A stretch of 63,967 bases of DNA, the filler included, from Chiloscyllium plagiosum (lineage: Eukaryota), in assembly GCF_004010195.1 (NCBI RefSeq). It is 6 parts of one record of this genome, joined end to end, with 100 filler letters (N's around TTAATTAATTAA, not from the genome) between each part and the next. Parts side by side here need not be neighbours in the genome. Positions count along the whole stretch, not along the records: positions 10,837 to 36,974 come from NC_057717.1; 5 more parts are not named here. The stretch is one strand, 5' to 3'. Each line of letters opens with the position of its first letter. Position 1 is the first letter of the stretch. Below, one piece after another: positions 24,645 to 36,974 of this stretch. Under the pieces are notes generated by a model. The model ran no database searches. It was not told the origin of the DNA and saw only the letters and a program-made list of their open reading frames with translations. The translations under genes were made by a program, and so were the position numbers.

Positions 24645-26213
24645 TCAATTACCCTGCTGCCCAGCCTCCAGGGCCGATTGGGATTGTCTGTACGGACACT
24701 GTCTCGCCCAGTGGTCCATTGCTCCGTAAACAAAGTACCCGCCAGATCTACCTCTGCCAGCGCCTCTTCCATGACCCCTTCGTCTTCCTCTTCCGCGACC
24801 TACACATCTGTCTCTCTCCCTGCATCTCCTCCCTCCAATGGCTGACCATTCGCATCATAGTAAGCTGAGGTTTATGTGTGCTGTTCCATTTTTAGTTTCT
24901 GCTTATCCTTCGCTTGGGCCAGCATTTTTTTCAGCATATATCACATGTTGTTCAATCAAATTCAGCTTTCTGGTGTCCCAGGTAATACATGTGTCTTTTA
25001 CATTTTTGACTGTTTCGTCTTTGATTCCATTGATGACGATGTTCCTCAGGTGTGCTTCATACGGTGTAATTTCAGCTGTCGTCATGTCCTCGGGTGGTCT
25101 CTGTCCACCATGGGTGTTATGGACTTCATTGAGGCGCTTAAGGCACTGGGAGACTTCTCACCTTCTTGTTGTTTACACATTGCAACTTTGGTCACGTCCA
25201 TTCGCACTGGGAATGCCTCCCAACAGGCGGCTGCCAGCGTGGAGCAAAAGCATTTAAGTCTCTGTTCTCTTACGCTTGCAGGTTGGTTGATTTGGGATGG
25301 ACGTTTACGCCTGACCATTTATACTTGATTTTGGTGACATTGGCACCAGTGTTTGGCCCCGGAGATGTCTCATCTCATGTGACCTGGGACGGAACTCGAC
25401 ACAGAAATTTGTTACTTTTTCCGCGGACTTATTACCTCCAACTTCGCGTGGGTCAGGTAACTGCCCATTGGCAGTTTCCAAATCCTTTATGGTCCATGAT
25501 CGGTGGACCAGCACTGGGCGCCCTTCTGGACCTACAACCTCAACCATTGGTGCTTGCACAACGACCTGGTTAGATGATCGTATGTCGGTATTCTCGCTGT
25601 CTGACTTAACATCTGTCGTGGACTGATCGTCAGCAGGCCCTGGATGTCTTTCAGTCTTGGAATGGCCGCCCTCATTTTAGGCTTATTACTTCAATTGGTT
25701 GAAGATACGATAGGCTATTGGTGATCCAGCAGACCCTAAGACGGCGGCCGCTGGCTTGGAACCTTCAGCAGGTGGATCACATAGGGGGACTGGAGGACTG
25801 GGAGGGCAGTCATCATGGTCAGGATCTGGAACAGACTTAAGACATTGTACAGCTTCATCAGGTTGATTTCCGCGCAATTCTGCATGTGTACTACTGTTTA
25901 TACGCGTAACTGATCTATCTTTTACTTGGTATTTACTTTTCCTGATACCAGTCTCAGCCATCCACATTTTATACCCACTCCAATTCATAGGTTTTATTCT
26001 TCCCTTCCGTTTCTCCTTCTCTCTAACCTCCAACTGTGACTTCAATATTTCCAACTGCCTTCAAATAAAACTGCCACCCTCCGAAAAACCACATTCCTTC
26101 ATCCACAATTCTAACTATTTTACAGACTCTGGGCCATAATTATTTAACATGTACTGTATTTTTGGTTGACCATTCCAAGTCCCCTCTTTTCGTTTGGTCT
26201 TGCTGGAGCCCAT
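24645..26213 (-). pseudogene. gag: gag remnant, copy 2
   Basis: ATG at 26213 gives MGSSKT (myristoylation consensus), then QYMLNNYGPES...GFSEGGSF and a Pro-rich PPSPPVP segment. MHR-like CKQQEGE; zinc knuckle decayed to YFVYGAMDHWARQCP; TGA at 24645-24647 in frame with pol. Confidence 0.88.
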
Positions 26214-26747
26214 TTCAACGTTACTAGAAAAGTGTTCAGCTGTCTCTCTCTCTCTCTTTCTTTGTGCTGTTATCTTTTCCTTTTTGACTTGCTTTTACCT
26301 CTGGAGGTGCCTTCTCACATTGGGCGCATCGGCCTCAATGACTTGGATTTCGCAATCCAAGAAACCACATGTCCGGTAGGTCTTTGGCGAGTCTAACTCA
26401 GGCAGTGGTGGTTCCAAGTCTCAAACTACCCTTAAACTTGCTGTCTCTAAAGCACTGTAGAGACAGCAATCCCTTACCTTGCGTTTTACTCGAATACCGT
26501 GCGAACGTTCACTGGAACCTCTTCCAGCTTTATTTATTCTCTTAGAATGATTCTCTATGTAGGATTACTTAAGCTACGACTCTTACCCCGGCCCTATTCG
26601 ATTGAAACCCCGGCGATGGGACGATCCACAGATTCCCAGTCCTCTCACGCAAAGGGGCCAATTCAACGCTCGAGATGAAGTGAAAGTCCTTCAACGCGCT
26701 GACGCCTACACCTCCTGGGAATACTCGGATTCTTACCCAGTCGTGGG

Positions 26748-26765
26748 GTACTGGAGGAGCCCCCA
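26748..26765 (-). promoter_or_regulatory. Primer binding site, tRNA-Pro type (degenerate)
   Basis: Minus strand TGGGGGCTCCTCCAGTAC matches the tRNA-Pro PBS TGGGGGCTCGTCCGGGAT at 14/18, a few bases downstream of the 5' LTR. Confidence 0.8.
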
Positions 26766-26772
26766 AGTTTAC

Positions 26773-27157
26773 AGTCGTGGAAATTAATGGACTCGAATCA
26801 AATACTAGCAAGAGCAAAGAGAACGCTTTGTTGTAACTTCTGCATGGGGCTCAATACACTTGGCAATTGCCGTATGTGAGGGGCTGCACAACTTTCACAT
26901 ATTCTTTTTGTAGTACATTTAGTTTTTCCTTATCGAGGACAAGAACTGGGAACATTCGGCTGTTGATATGAAGTTTATGTTTTCCCTGACTATTGCTGAT
27001 TCTGACAGTTTTGCAAGACTTGTAAGGGCAAGCTGTCTGCCTGCAGAATCAGCAAAATTTGGCTGTCTACTTAACATTTTAGCAAAGTGTTAGATTTAGC
27101 AAAGTAATCTTTTTCGGATTACACAGCAAATCTTAATTTTGTTAAGTATCTTTGATA
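26773..27157 (-). repeat. ERV 5' LTR, copy 2
   Basis: Colinear with the 3' LTR (agtcgtggaaattaa...ggctgtctacttaa.attttagcaaagtgttag...) but clearly more diverged; TATA and polyA motifs eroded. Ends uncertain by a few bases. Confidence 0.85.
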
Positions 27158-27332
27158 CGTGCTTCCTGTGTTTGAAGGTAACAGCGCTCCAACTCCCATA
27201 AGCTGGGCTTGTCCCCCCATCAGACAATGTTGTGTTCAGTTGAGGTGATTGTGCACTTCCCTATGCAGTCAGAAATGTAGTCATGTCCTCAGGAACTCGA
27301 TTCAAATCCTGTTTATGGGTTCAGTTTTGCGT

Positions 27333-27414
27333 GGTGGTGTGGCCAAGCAACGTAAGGTGCTGTTTGTAAGCTTCACTGTGAAAGTCGCTGAGGGCTTGAA
27401 TCCCATCACTGCCA
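27333..27414 (+). pseudogene. Decayed tRNA-Leu (TAG/AAG-type)
   Basis: 82 nt, ggtggtgtggccaagcaacgtaaggtgctg...gggcttgaatcccatcactgcca, against GGTAGCGTGGCCGAGCGGTCTAAGGCGCTGG...GGGTTCGAATCCCACCGCTGCCA. Confidence 0.65.
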
Positions 27415-27664
27415 TTTGGGCTAATTGCGTGTTATGCTGAATCTTCGTGTGAGTGAGCTATGTTTAAATTGAACATGACAAAAATGTATTCTGTTTCTTG
27501 AAAAGTGATCTATGATGAGGGACAACGCAGAGCCTTCAGGAAGTCAGCGGCCACACTGTGATTCTGTAAAGTGGTAGTTGTTATATTCACCTCACGTGGG
27601 AAAAGTCCCTAGAAAGAAACAAGTGTGTGCTACTCCATTATTATGTAGGCAAGTTCGAAGACCG

Positions 27665-28030
27665 ACAGAATGTAGCTCAGTCGTTAAGCACTGCTGCCTC
27701 TCAGCGCTAGAAACCCGCGTTAACTTCCCGCCTCAGTTAACTCTCTGTGCGGGGTTTGCACATTCTCCCTGTGTCTGTCAAGGTTTCCATTGATATTCCA
27801 GTTTTGATGCACAGTCCCAAAATTTTAAGATTAAGTGGATTTGCTATGCTAAATTAACCAGGATGTCAGGGAATGTGCAGGCTAGATGTACTAATCATGG
27901 AAGGTGCAGGGTTACAGGGAATGTTTGAACGAGAGCAGTGTTTCAGATTGGGATGTGATGGTCTCCTGAGGCTCAATGTGGGGTCGATGGGTCAAATGAC
28001 CAGCTTCCACACTGTAGAGATTCTCTGATT
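27665..28030 (+). mobile_element. V-SINE (HE1-like), decayed
   Basis: tRNA-like head gtagctcagtcgttaagcactgctgcctc, V-domain gtttgcacattctccctgtgtctg, tail cttccacactgtagagattct. Confidence 0.75.
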
Positions 28031-28930
28031 AAAATCTTCATAGTGGAAATAAGTTAAGGGAACAATCTCTTGGTTAATTCAAATATCCTTTCTTCAGTGT
28101 GGAGATTAAATCTGCACACGCTACTCCAGGTGTGATCGCACTAAGATACTGTACAGAAGCAGCAACATTTTGCCTGCCTGTTGTAAGGTTCCCACCCAGG
28201 TTAGAGCGGTCTCAGTTGTTTGGGGGAATGCACAGCATTGTTGAAATATTTTGCTCTTCTCTACTTCACGAGCATAACGGGAGAATTGGCGAAAATGTCA
28301 GAATGACACTTGTGAAGAACGTGTAGGATGCAGCGAGATAATATCAATGTTCAAATATACCTTGGCCAAACATTTCGCCTGAATCGGCTATTAATTTTCC
28401 TCGATCCCACGTCGCTCAGATTCCGCAGAATCTGCTAAAGTGGAGCTTAGAAACAGCAAGGATAATCAAATAATAATGGGAGGTATTTATCAATGTCAAT
28501 GCTGTGACACAAATGCTGCGTATATTACAAAATAGGAAAATAGAAATCCAAGATTTTGGGTACTGCAGTAATTATGGAGACATTAGAATCGCATCTAAAC
28601 AATATGAATCAAAGTTAATGTTTGTGCTGGGAAAATGGGTTTCATGAGTGTGTATGAGCTGCTTTCCTTGAACAATATGTTGAACAGTGAACTCGAGATC
28701 AGGCTGTTTAGAAGTTGCTGTGTGATCAGAAGACCCATTTGAAAACCATTCGGAAAAGGAGCCTTTGGAAATAATCATCTTAATATATTGAATTTTACAT
28801 GACGTTTGAATACAAACTATTTTTTAAAATTAAAATGCGTGTATCTGACTGGAATCATGAATGCATGAGCAACAAGGTGGCAATTTTAAAAGTGCATCAT
28901 AAAGATACACTGGAAGACAGGCACTTTCTG

Positions 28931-29220
28931 TTGATTAGATTCCCTACAGTGTGGAATCAGGCTCTTCGGACCAACAAGTCCACACCAACCCACCCAGACC
29001 CATTCCTCTGCACCTAACACTATGGACAATTTAGAATGACCAATTCACCTAACCTTCACACATTTAGACTGTGGGAGGAAACCGGAGCACCTGGAGGAAA
29101 CGCACGCAGACACGGGGTGAATGTGCAAACTCCACACAGACAGTTGCCCGAGGCGGGAATTGTACCTGGGTCCTGGTGCTATGACGCAGCAGTGATAACC
29201 ACTGAGCTACCATGCCGCCC
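28931..29220 (-). mobile_element. V-SINE (HE1-like)
   Basis: gactgtgggaggaaaccggagcac...gaatgtgcaaactccacacagac...gcagcagtgataaccactgagctaccatgccgccc is the reverse of a V-SINE head plus V-domain. Confidence 0.85.
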
Positions 29221-29269
29221 TTCATTTATCGAAACACTATAAGTTGCACAGTATACATATATCCTCAAG

Positions 29270-30904
29270 GCGCACATAGCAAAAGGGTAAGGTGACTCAA
29301 CCATGATTAACAGACAAAGTTAAAAATTGTATCATATCAAGGAAAGTCGATCAGAAAAATGGAAGACAGTATGGATTCATTGGAACGAAGGAGGACTAAG
29401 AAATTGATAAGGACATTAAAAAGATATCAAGAATGCAAACTAAAAAAGAAACATAAGGTCTGATGAAAAGCTTCTGACAATATTTGAAAGGAAATTTTAA
29501 ATCCCCTTGAAATGTTAAGCAGTGGGGAACAAATGTGGATAGGATAATTTATTCCTGCTAAAAGAGAAATTGCAGGGAAACTATCTCGTTATATTGTGTC
29601 TGTCTTCGTGGAGGAATACATAACATCTCCCAGAAATACAAAGTGACCATGAGACTTGTGTAATTAAAGACTAAAATCGTTCATATTAGTAACGAAGCGT
29701 GTTTGAAAACATAGCAGGGTTAGTGATTAATAAGTCTGACAGAACAAATGTACTTTATAATGAAATTTCAGAGAGAGAGCCAATGCACAGATTGATTGAA
29801 TTGGGTAACACAGTACTTCTCCTGTGCAATTTGGAAGATTATAAATGCATTCCACGATCCAAAAAGAGAAGAAGAGGACAAGTGGGGAAGTATAGACCAA
29901 GTAACTTGTCGTGTTTAAATCTATTATAACAAATGTGGTATTGGTCATTTAGAAAGTAATAGCAACTTCAAGAGAATGCATATATGAAAGAAAAGTTACA
30001 ATTTTCAGACATTTTTCCTTGAAGATATCGCTTGTAGATATAAACAATGGAGACCAACAAATATGATATAATTGTATATTCAGGAGGATATTTTTAAAGA
30101 AATGCCACAGCACGCTCTTAGAAAGAAACTGAAGAAATGTGTATTGGAGAAACATGTGGAAACATGAAGATAGATTTTCGGTTTACATTTATTTAATGGG
30201 AATCAGAATGTAGATAACGAACAGTCATCCAGACTGGAAGCATTAGTTTGCCCTCTCTCCGTTGGTACTGTCTGAACAGTTGTGGTCTTCAGCATTTTTT
30301 GTTTTCAGTACTGATTCCAGCATCTACAGTAATTTACTTTTATTAAAGGTAAATGTGTCTTTTATCGCTTACGCCGAGTGTTGCTGAGACTGTGCCTTTA
30401 ATACTATGCAAAGTTCCGGTGTCCTGATCTAGGGAAAAATATACTGGCAACATATACTGAAAGGACATTCTCCAGATTAATCCCACAGATGGCAAGATTG
30501 TCTGGTGAGGGAACTCGGCCTGTGTTACCTAGATTTTCAACGATTGAAAAGCAATCTTAATGAAAACGAGAAAGTTCACACAGAAAGGGCTGAATAAAAC
30601 AGGGACTTGGAGAATTGGTAGCAGGCAAGATTGGGGAGAGTCCTAAGATTTTCCACAAGGACATCAAGCAGAATAATATTACAAGCGAACAGTTAGAACC
30701 CATTAGAAACCATCTGTGTGTGAAGGAGGAGGCAGGGGCAGAATTTGAGAAGATGGAGTGGGAAGCTATTTAGAAAATTCATATAAGATGTGATCTTCGA
30801 TTGATGGTTTTAGCTAATGATTGATGGTCTAAAAATTGGATAAAAATGATCCAGATGCGTTTTATCCCAGGCTGCGGCTGGAGATAAGGAAGAAAAGACC
30901 TGAC

Positions 30905-30942
<38 letters not shown>

Positions 30943-32880
30943 CAGGTGACAGGAGAGAGAAGCTCGAGGAAGGATGCGGTTACACTGTACTGGAAGGGTG
31001 GTGCAGAAAGACCAGGGCACTGGAGATCAGTGAGTATCAGTTCACTTTCAGGGAAGCTATTGGAGGATAAAAAGAAGGATAAAATGGATCTCCATTTGAG
31101 AGGCAATGTTTCATCAAGTACAGTTACCATGGCTTTATTGGAGGGAAGTCATGCCTAATGATTTCATTGGAATATTTCAAGGGGTTCTTTTAATTGTTTT
31201 CTCACCAAATCAATTGACAAAGCCCCGCATGGGAAACTGATAAATTTATTATAATCTTATGGTATCAAGGTTAACTTAGCAAGTTATATCCAAAACTATC
31301 TCAGAAGAAGAAGAAGGAGAATGGTGGCAGAAGGCTGTTTGTGTGACTGGGAACGTGTAACACAAGGATCAGTGCTGTGTCACTTCCTATTTGGGGTACT
31401 CTAAAATAATGGCGATGTGGATGTTGAGGGTGGTGAGGGAATGTGTTTAATAAGTGTGTGTTTGACGCTGAGGAGGAAAGTCTTATGTAACAGGAACATG
31501 TAGATGGAAAGGCCAGATCAATGACAGATGTCATGTAACACTGATAAATATGAGGTGATGCACCTCAAAAGTAAAAACGCAGACAGGGAGTACACAATGA
31601 ACGGCAGCAAACCAGGAAATCCAGAGGGGGTTTCTGCACTGATCCCTGAGTGTGAGAACACTTTTTTGGGGGTGGGCGTATCGTGGTGTGTGACAGGAAT
31701 TGGGCCTTGGGCCTCAGGTATTCCCAATATACCTCAAACGTAGGGTTGTCGGACCCAAGTGCAATATTTCCAAGCCTGCTTACAGCACTAAACGGTGTCT
31801 GACTGCGAGTGGGTAAAAAGGATATCAAAATGCTTCAAGGTGATTGAGACAAGTGGAGTGAATGGACAAGTACATGGCAGATGTGATGTTGTGTACTTTG
31901 GTGGGAACAATAGGACAGTAGCCTGCCATTTGAAAAGGGATAGGTTAGGAATATTGTTTTTAAGGGACTTATGCAGATTTTCTTGTTTTCATCTGCACAC
32001 ACCTTCGAGGTTCATGCACAGCTGTGAGTTCTGGCGCCAGAGATTAGTACTGGGAATGGCATTGACACAGTGATTAGTGTACACATACCGACTAAGTGTT
32101 TAGCTGTAATATTGGAAATAATCTGCATCTTCTTGTACACTCATCATTGAAAGCAACAGTTAGGTAGTTAAATGGTGTATTGACCATCATTTCAAGGGAA
32201 TTTGAAAACAGGAGTAAGGGTGTCTCACTGCAGCTGCAATTTGGTGAGAACCCTTGTCTAACATTGTGCAACATTATGCGCAGGTTTGATTTCTGTCCCT
32301 AATAAAGGACAAAACTGAACTTCATGGAGTGCAGTGCAGGATCTCTGGGATATCAGGTATGTTGTGGGAAGATAATTTGTGTGAACTGAGCCTGTATTCC
32401 AAGGGGTTTAGGAAAATGAGTGGAGATCTGAGTAAATAATATGGACCTGTGACGGTGAGACAGGTTCGAAACAAGGATGATAATTCCGCTGGCTGGGACG
32501 TCTGAAACAAGAGGCCACATTATGAGGTACAGCCAGGACACTCTGCATTGAGATGAGAATAAATATCTGCACCCAGAGACTGTTGAACTTGGGGAATTCT
32601 GCCCCACCCAAGCCTGTGAGATCAAAAGCACTGAATATGCACATACACCAAATGGGAAGATATAGCGCAGGACAATGGTTTGAAGATAAAGGATCAGGCA
32701 TCATTACATTGAATGGGGCTACAAAACGATGGATCGAAGGCACAGCTGAAGTTAATATTTAATATTTTTCCAATGGTTGATAACATTGAGGGATGCATAC
32801 ATTCTGGGGGAGAAGTGCATGAGGGAGATGTTCAAGAACTGGAATGGGGGATGCTTAACGTGTTGAATGGCTTACTCGTT
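29270..32880 (+). mobile_element. Patchwork of old CR1 LINE fragments, with an (AT)n tract at ~30909-30941
   Basis: Remnants of CR1 ORF2 motifs: YRP/WRSVSISSLSGKLLE, DKAPHGKL, KYEVMHL, CDVVYFGGNN, and the 3' region. No intact ORF. Confidence 0.7.
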
Positions 32881-32893
32881 TCCCGATGTTTTT

Positions 32894-32967
32894 TTGCAGT
32901 CTATGGGAAAGCTCTGTAAAGGTTGTCACATTGCAGTCTATGGGAAAGCTCTGTAAAGGTTGTCACA
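32894..32967 (+). repeat. Exact 37-bp tandem duplication
   Basis: ttgcagtctatgggaaagctctgtaaaggttgtcaca at 32894-32930 and again at 32931-32967. Confidence 0.95.
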
Positions 32968-33099
32968 AGCTGTCAGATGTCAGGAAGGAGGCCTCGACAG
33001 GGTCGGTAGGACTGTACTTCCCGTTCCTTTTTCCGATAGAGAGGCTAAAGATCGGTGCTGTATCCGGGCTTAAAAAGCAAAAACTCCAAAAGTACAAAA

Positions 33100-33222
33100 C
33101 TCGATGACGGAGCAGCGCACCGTCAACAAGTGCTTCCAATTAAAACTATTGGAGTATAAGCTGGTGTTGTGTGATTTTTAACTTTGTACACCCCAGTCCA
33201 ATACCGGCATCACCAAATCATG
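33100..33222 (+). mobile_element. Short Penelope pseudo-LTR-type repeat with an eroded hammerhead core
   Basis: Reverse-complement homolog of 49257-49377 (ctggtgttgtgtgatttttaactttgtacaccccagtccaataccggcatc). Confidence 0.6.
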
Positions 33223-34139
33223 AATTCCATCTGGGTCTATCCTTTNNNNNNNNNNTTTCTGTGCAGCTCGACAGCTGTCAAGAAGAACTTTCACGAATTT
33301 CACTGTCATCATGAGTCTGTGTGTGTGGTACATGTTCTTATTAAAATTATTCTCCTCTTGGAGAATAGGACATAGTTGAGTAATTTTCCACATTGCCAGG
33401 GAGAAAACAGAGTTGGAGCTGGAATGAAACAACTTCCCGAGTGACACTGCTTGTTGTGCAGCACAAGTCTTCAGTCCTATTGCAGGAATGAGGTCAGGGC
33501 TCATTGACTTTGTCAAGTTACTGTGTTCTGTCGTTTCTTCACGTCACGTGCAGAAAACCAAATTGATTTAAGACTGGCATTTGTGATGCTGTGGGCATCA
33601 TGCGGGGGTTAGGCAGATCAATGATTCAACGCTTTTGGCTGGGGATGCTGCAGATACTACATCCTTGTCTTTTACACTGAGCTACAGAGCTGTTCCATTG
33701 TTTTGGATGGGGATATTTGTGAGCCATCTCCTCCAGTGAGTTGTTTAACCGTCCATCATCACTTATGACTGAATGTGGCCGGGCTGTTGGTCTGTTGGTC
33801 TTGGGATTATTGTGTCCGCTCTGTCAGATGTTAGTTCAACTGTTTGGAATTAAGCAGTAAGTGCGGTAGTTTAAAGTTTTGCCATCAGGTTTAGGTACAC
33901 ATGGCACTGTCTGGAATGCTCACCCACACTTATCACCGAACCATAGATCGCCTCGGTAGTAATGGCAGACTGAGGGATTATCCCCAGAAGAAAAAGTTGC
34001 AGATAGTGGTTGAATATAATTATGCTTCTGCTGCTGCGAGGTCTGTAGCACCACATCAGCATCAGGAATTCTCTCTACCATGTTTCTTAAACGGAACTAG
34101 TTCAATTTTTTCTGCTTTTGGCACATACTCGGCAAACTC

Positions 34140-34606
34140 TTTCCTGTACCTGTACCCATCCAATTGTCTTTTAAATGTTGTAATTGTACTCAGCAATACC
34201 AGTTCCTGTGATAGCTGGCTATTATATACATACAGCCCTCTGTGAGAAACAACTGCCCCTTAGATCCCTTTTAAATATCTTCCCTCTCACCTTAAACCTA
34301 TCCTCTTAGTTTTCAGACAGTGTGGGAAAAAGGCCTTGGCCGTGCATCCTATCTGTGTCCCTCATGATTTTATAAATCTCTGTAGGGTAACCTCACACCC
34401 TCTTACACAAAGGGAATAAAATCACAGACTTGCCATGTATCTCAAAACCTCCCATCTCTGCCACATCATTTAAAATATTTTGTCTCCTTTCCAGTTTATA
34501 ACACCCTTCCTATAGAAGGGCGACAAGAATTGTACTCAGTACACCAAATGTGTCCTTACCATTCTCTTGCATAGTCACAACATGATGTCCCAATTCCTAT
34601 ACTCAA
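34140..34606 (-). mobile_element. CR1 LINE 3' fragment
   Basis: Homologous to the CR1 3' end at 53100-53750 (ccctctcaccttaaacctat...gaattgtactcagtacaccaa...cacaacatgatgtcccaa). Confidence 0.75.
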
Positions 34607-35153
34607 NNNNNNNNNNNNNNNNNNNNNNNNNNNNNNNNNNNNNNNNNNNNNNNNNNNNNNNNNNNNNNNNNNNNNNNNNNNNNNNNNNNNNNNNNNNNNN
34701 NNNNNNNNNNNNNNNNNNNNNNNNNNNNNNNNNNNNNNNNNNNNNNNNNNNNNNNNNNNNNNNNNNNNNNNNNNNNNNNNNNNNNNNNNNNNNNNNNNNN
34801 NNNNNNNNNNNNNNNNNNNNNNNNNNNNNNNNNNNNNNNNNNNNNNNNNNNNNNNNNNNNNNNNNNNNNNNNNNNNNNNNNNNNNNNNNNNNNNNNNNNN
34901 NNNNNNNNNNNNNNNNNNNNNNNNNNNNNNNNNNNNNNNNNNNNNNNNNNNNNNNNNNNNNNNNNNNNNNNNNNNNNNNNNNNNNNNNNNNNNNNNNNNN
35001 NNNNNNNNNNNNNNNNNNNNNNNNNNNNNNNNNNNNNNNNNNNNNNNNNNNNNNNNNNNNNNNNNNNNNNNNNNNNNNNNNNNNNNNNNNNNNNNNNNNN
35101 NNNNNNGCTCCACAGGCAGGGAGAACTTGAAACCAGTTTAGTAGCGCGCTTCG

Positions 35154-35235
35154 GCAGTTGTGGCCAATTGGTTGAGGCGATTGGTATTAAATACACTGTG
35201 GATTCCTCACGCAGTTCAGCATTTTGCTTACTGTG
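35154..35235 (+). pseudogene. Decayed tRNA-Ser
   Basis: gcagttgtggccaattggttgaggcgattgg...cacgcagttcagcattttgcttactgtg, against GTAGTCGTGGCCGAGTGGTTAAGGCGATGG...CGCGCAGGTTCGAATCCTGCCGACTACG; 82 nt. Confidence 0.55.
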
Positions 35236-36469
35236 ATTGAAAGCCGAGAGGGAACTTGAAGAGTGTTTGTTCTCTGCATTCGTTTGAAATTCAAATCGCA
35301 GGATGAGGTGAAATGCGTATAACTCAGATAAGGAACATTACGAATCTGCAACGAACCGCCTGTCAGGATGGAAAAGGCAGAAAACTCCAGAGCAGGTCAG
35401 ACCCACTTAGTTGTACACTTCCATTACTGAATACGTTAGCCCCTCTGAACCAAGTACACCAGATGGGAGAAGAACAGTTCAGGGGATTGTGTTGGACTGG
35501 TGCAGACTTAGTGGGCCAAAGCGTATTGTTGTGCAAGACACTTACATGGCCAGCTGCGAGGAGCTCGGTTTGTGAAGTAACAGGACATTCTTTGCAATAT
35601 GTCCCTCGGCGAGGAAGGGGTCGAAGCTACACTCCCCTGATCTTTCTGTCAGTCATGGTATTCATTTGGACATCTCAATTGTAAATAACTGTTACGGTGC
35701 ATATTTGTGGAATCAGTCTATATGATAATCAGGACAACGGGACCATGATGTCTCATTACCCAGCTGAAAGCAAGCCCGTGCAGCTTACAATCCCCGGGTC
35801 TGCTTTTGAAATAAGTATTACTTTCTCGATGTGCCTGTGTTTAGATCAAACAGTTCATTGACTTCGGGACAAGACGTTCAGAGGAAGCTGGAAGTGTGAC
35901 AGGAATAGAAACAGAACAAGACGAGACGTACAACTGTTTAGATTTTGCCGTGTGTCCGTTGTTTTTAGTGAGGAATGTCTGCCGGGAGCTATCCTGTCAG
36001 GTCCCAGGAGCCGGAGGACTTGTTTTGGTGGGATTTGTGTTATTGAAAGTTACACATGAGAAGTGTGTGGGACTATTTTAGCTCAGTATCCATTTCATAT
36101 CGCGGCTCGCCGCAACGGTGCACATTTTCTGGCGAAGTGCCTTGTAATCCACTTAAAGCCACCTTTCTCCAGGTAAACTTGCAGACATAAAGCACATGGA
36201 GTGGGTATAATCCTGAGGACTCTGTCACTGTCGGGGAATGTGCCTGTATGACTGCCTCTGTATTTGAACATGAGAATATGTTCCTCAAAGGCGTTACAAC
36301 AGTGTGACCAGGTCAACTTTCAGTAACATTGTTATGTCATTTAAGATCACAGAGAGAATCTTATTGCTGCAAACTGGGACGAGAATAGATTGTCTGATAA
36401 CGTACGCTTCACGATGGACGAATGGCCCTTCACTACTCCTCCCCCTCACGCTTTTAATACTCGAGGCCA

Positions 36470-36974
36470 GAGAGCAACTGACCTGACGAGAAAATAGCTT
36501 CACAACCTTACATAACCTTTTTATTGTCCATTCTACTAGCAATTTTGCAAACTTACTGACCATGCTTTCTATCTTCCCACCTACATCAATTATTTAAACG
36601 AAACAAATGAATGTGCGCTCAGCCAATGGGACACCATTGGTAACAGACTTCCAGTCTGAAAACTACCATCCACCACCATTCTCAGCATCCAGCTATTAAA
36701 CTAATTTTATATCTAATTAGAAACCTTACATTGATCCCTATGTGATCTAACTTTATGAATTAGTGAACCGTGTTGAACTGTGTAAAAACTTTTATTAAAG
36801 TCCAGGTGAGCAAAGTCTACCATTATGTCCTCATTGATCTTCTTGGTTACGCCCTCAAAAAACTCAATTAATTTTGTGCAAAACCATGCTGATTATCCCA
36901 ATTCATTCCTGATATCTAAAAATTCAAATAAAACCTATCGTTTAGAATTGCATCCAACAACTTACCCACGACCA
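36470..36974 (-). mobile_element. CR1 LINE RT fragment, decayed
   Basis: Minus-strand remnants ..WKSVTNGVP..MVSKFAK; similar to 54000-54314. Confidence 0.65.

Larger units (their letters stand above)
18657..27157 (-). mobile_element. Full-length defective endogenous retrovirus (epsilon-like, class I), copy 2, ~8.5 kb
   Basis: 5' LTR, PBS(Pro), gag, TGA, pol, env-like gene, PPT, 3' LTR; candidate 4-bp TSD CGTG at 18653-18656 and 27158-27161. Confidence 0.95.

Noticed and set aside
26214..26747. Possible accessory ORF (orfC-like) in the ERV leader
   Set aside because: Only short, stop-interrupted frames with no recognisable homology, and no second copy for comparison.
27255..27322. Possible 3' half of a tRNA-Tyr remnant (gtag...tcctcagg...gattcaaatcctg)
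   Set aside because: Similarity too weak and no matching 5' half.
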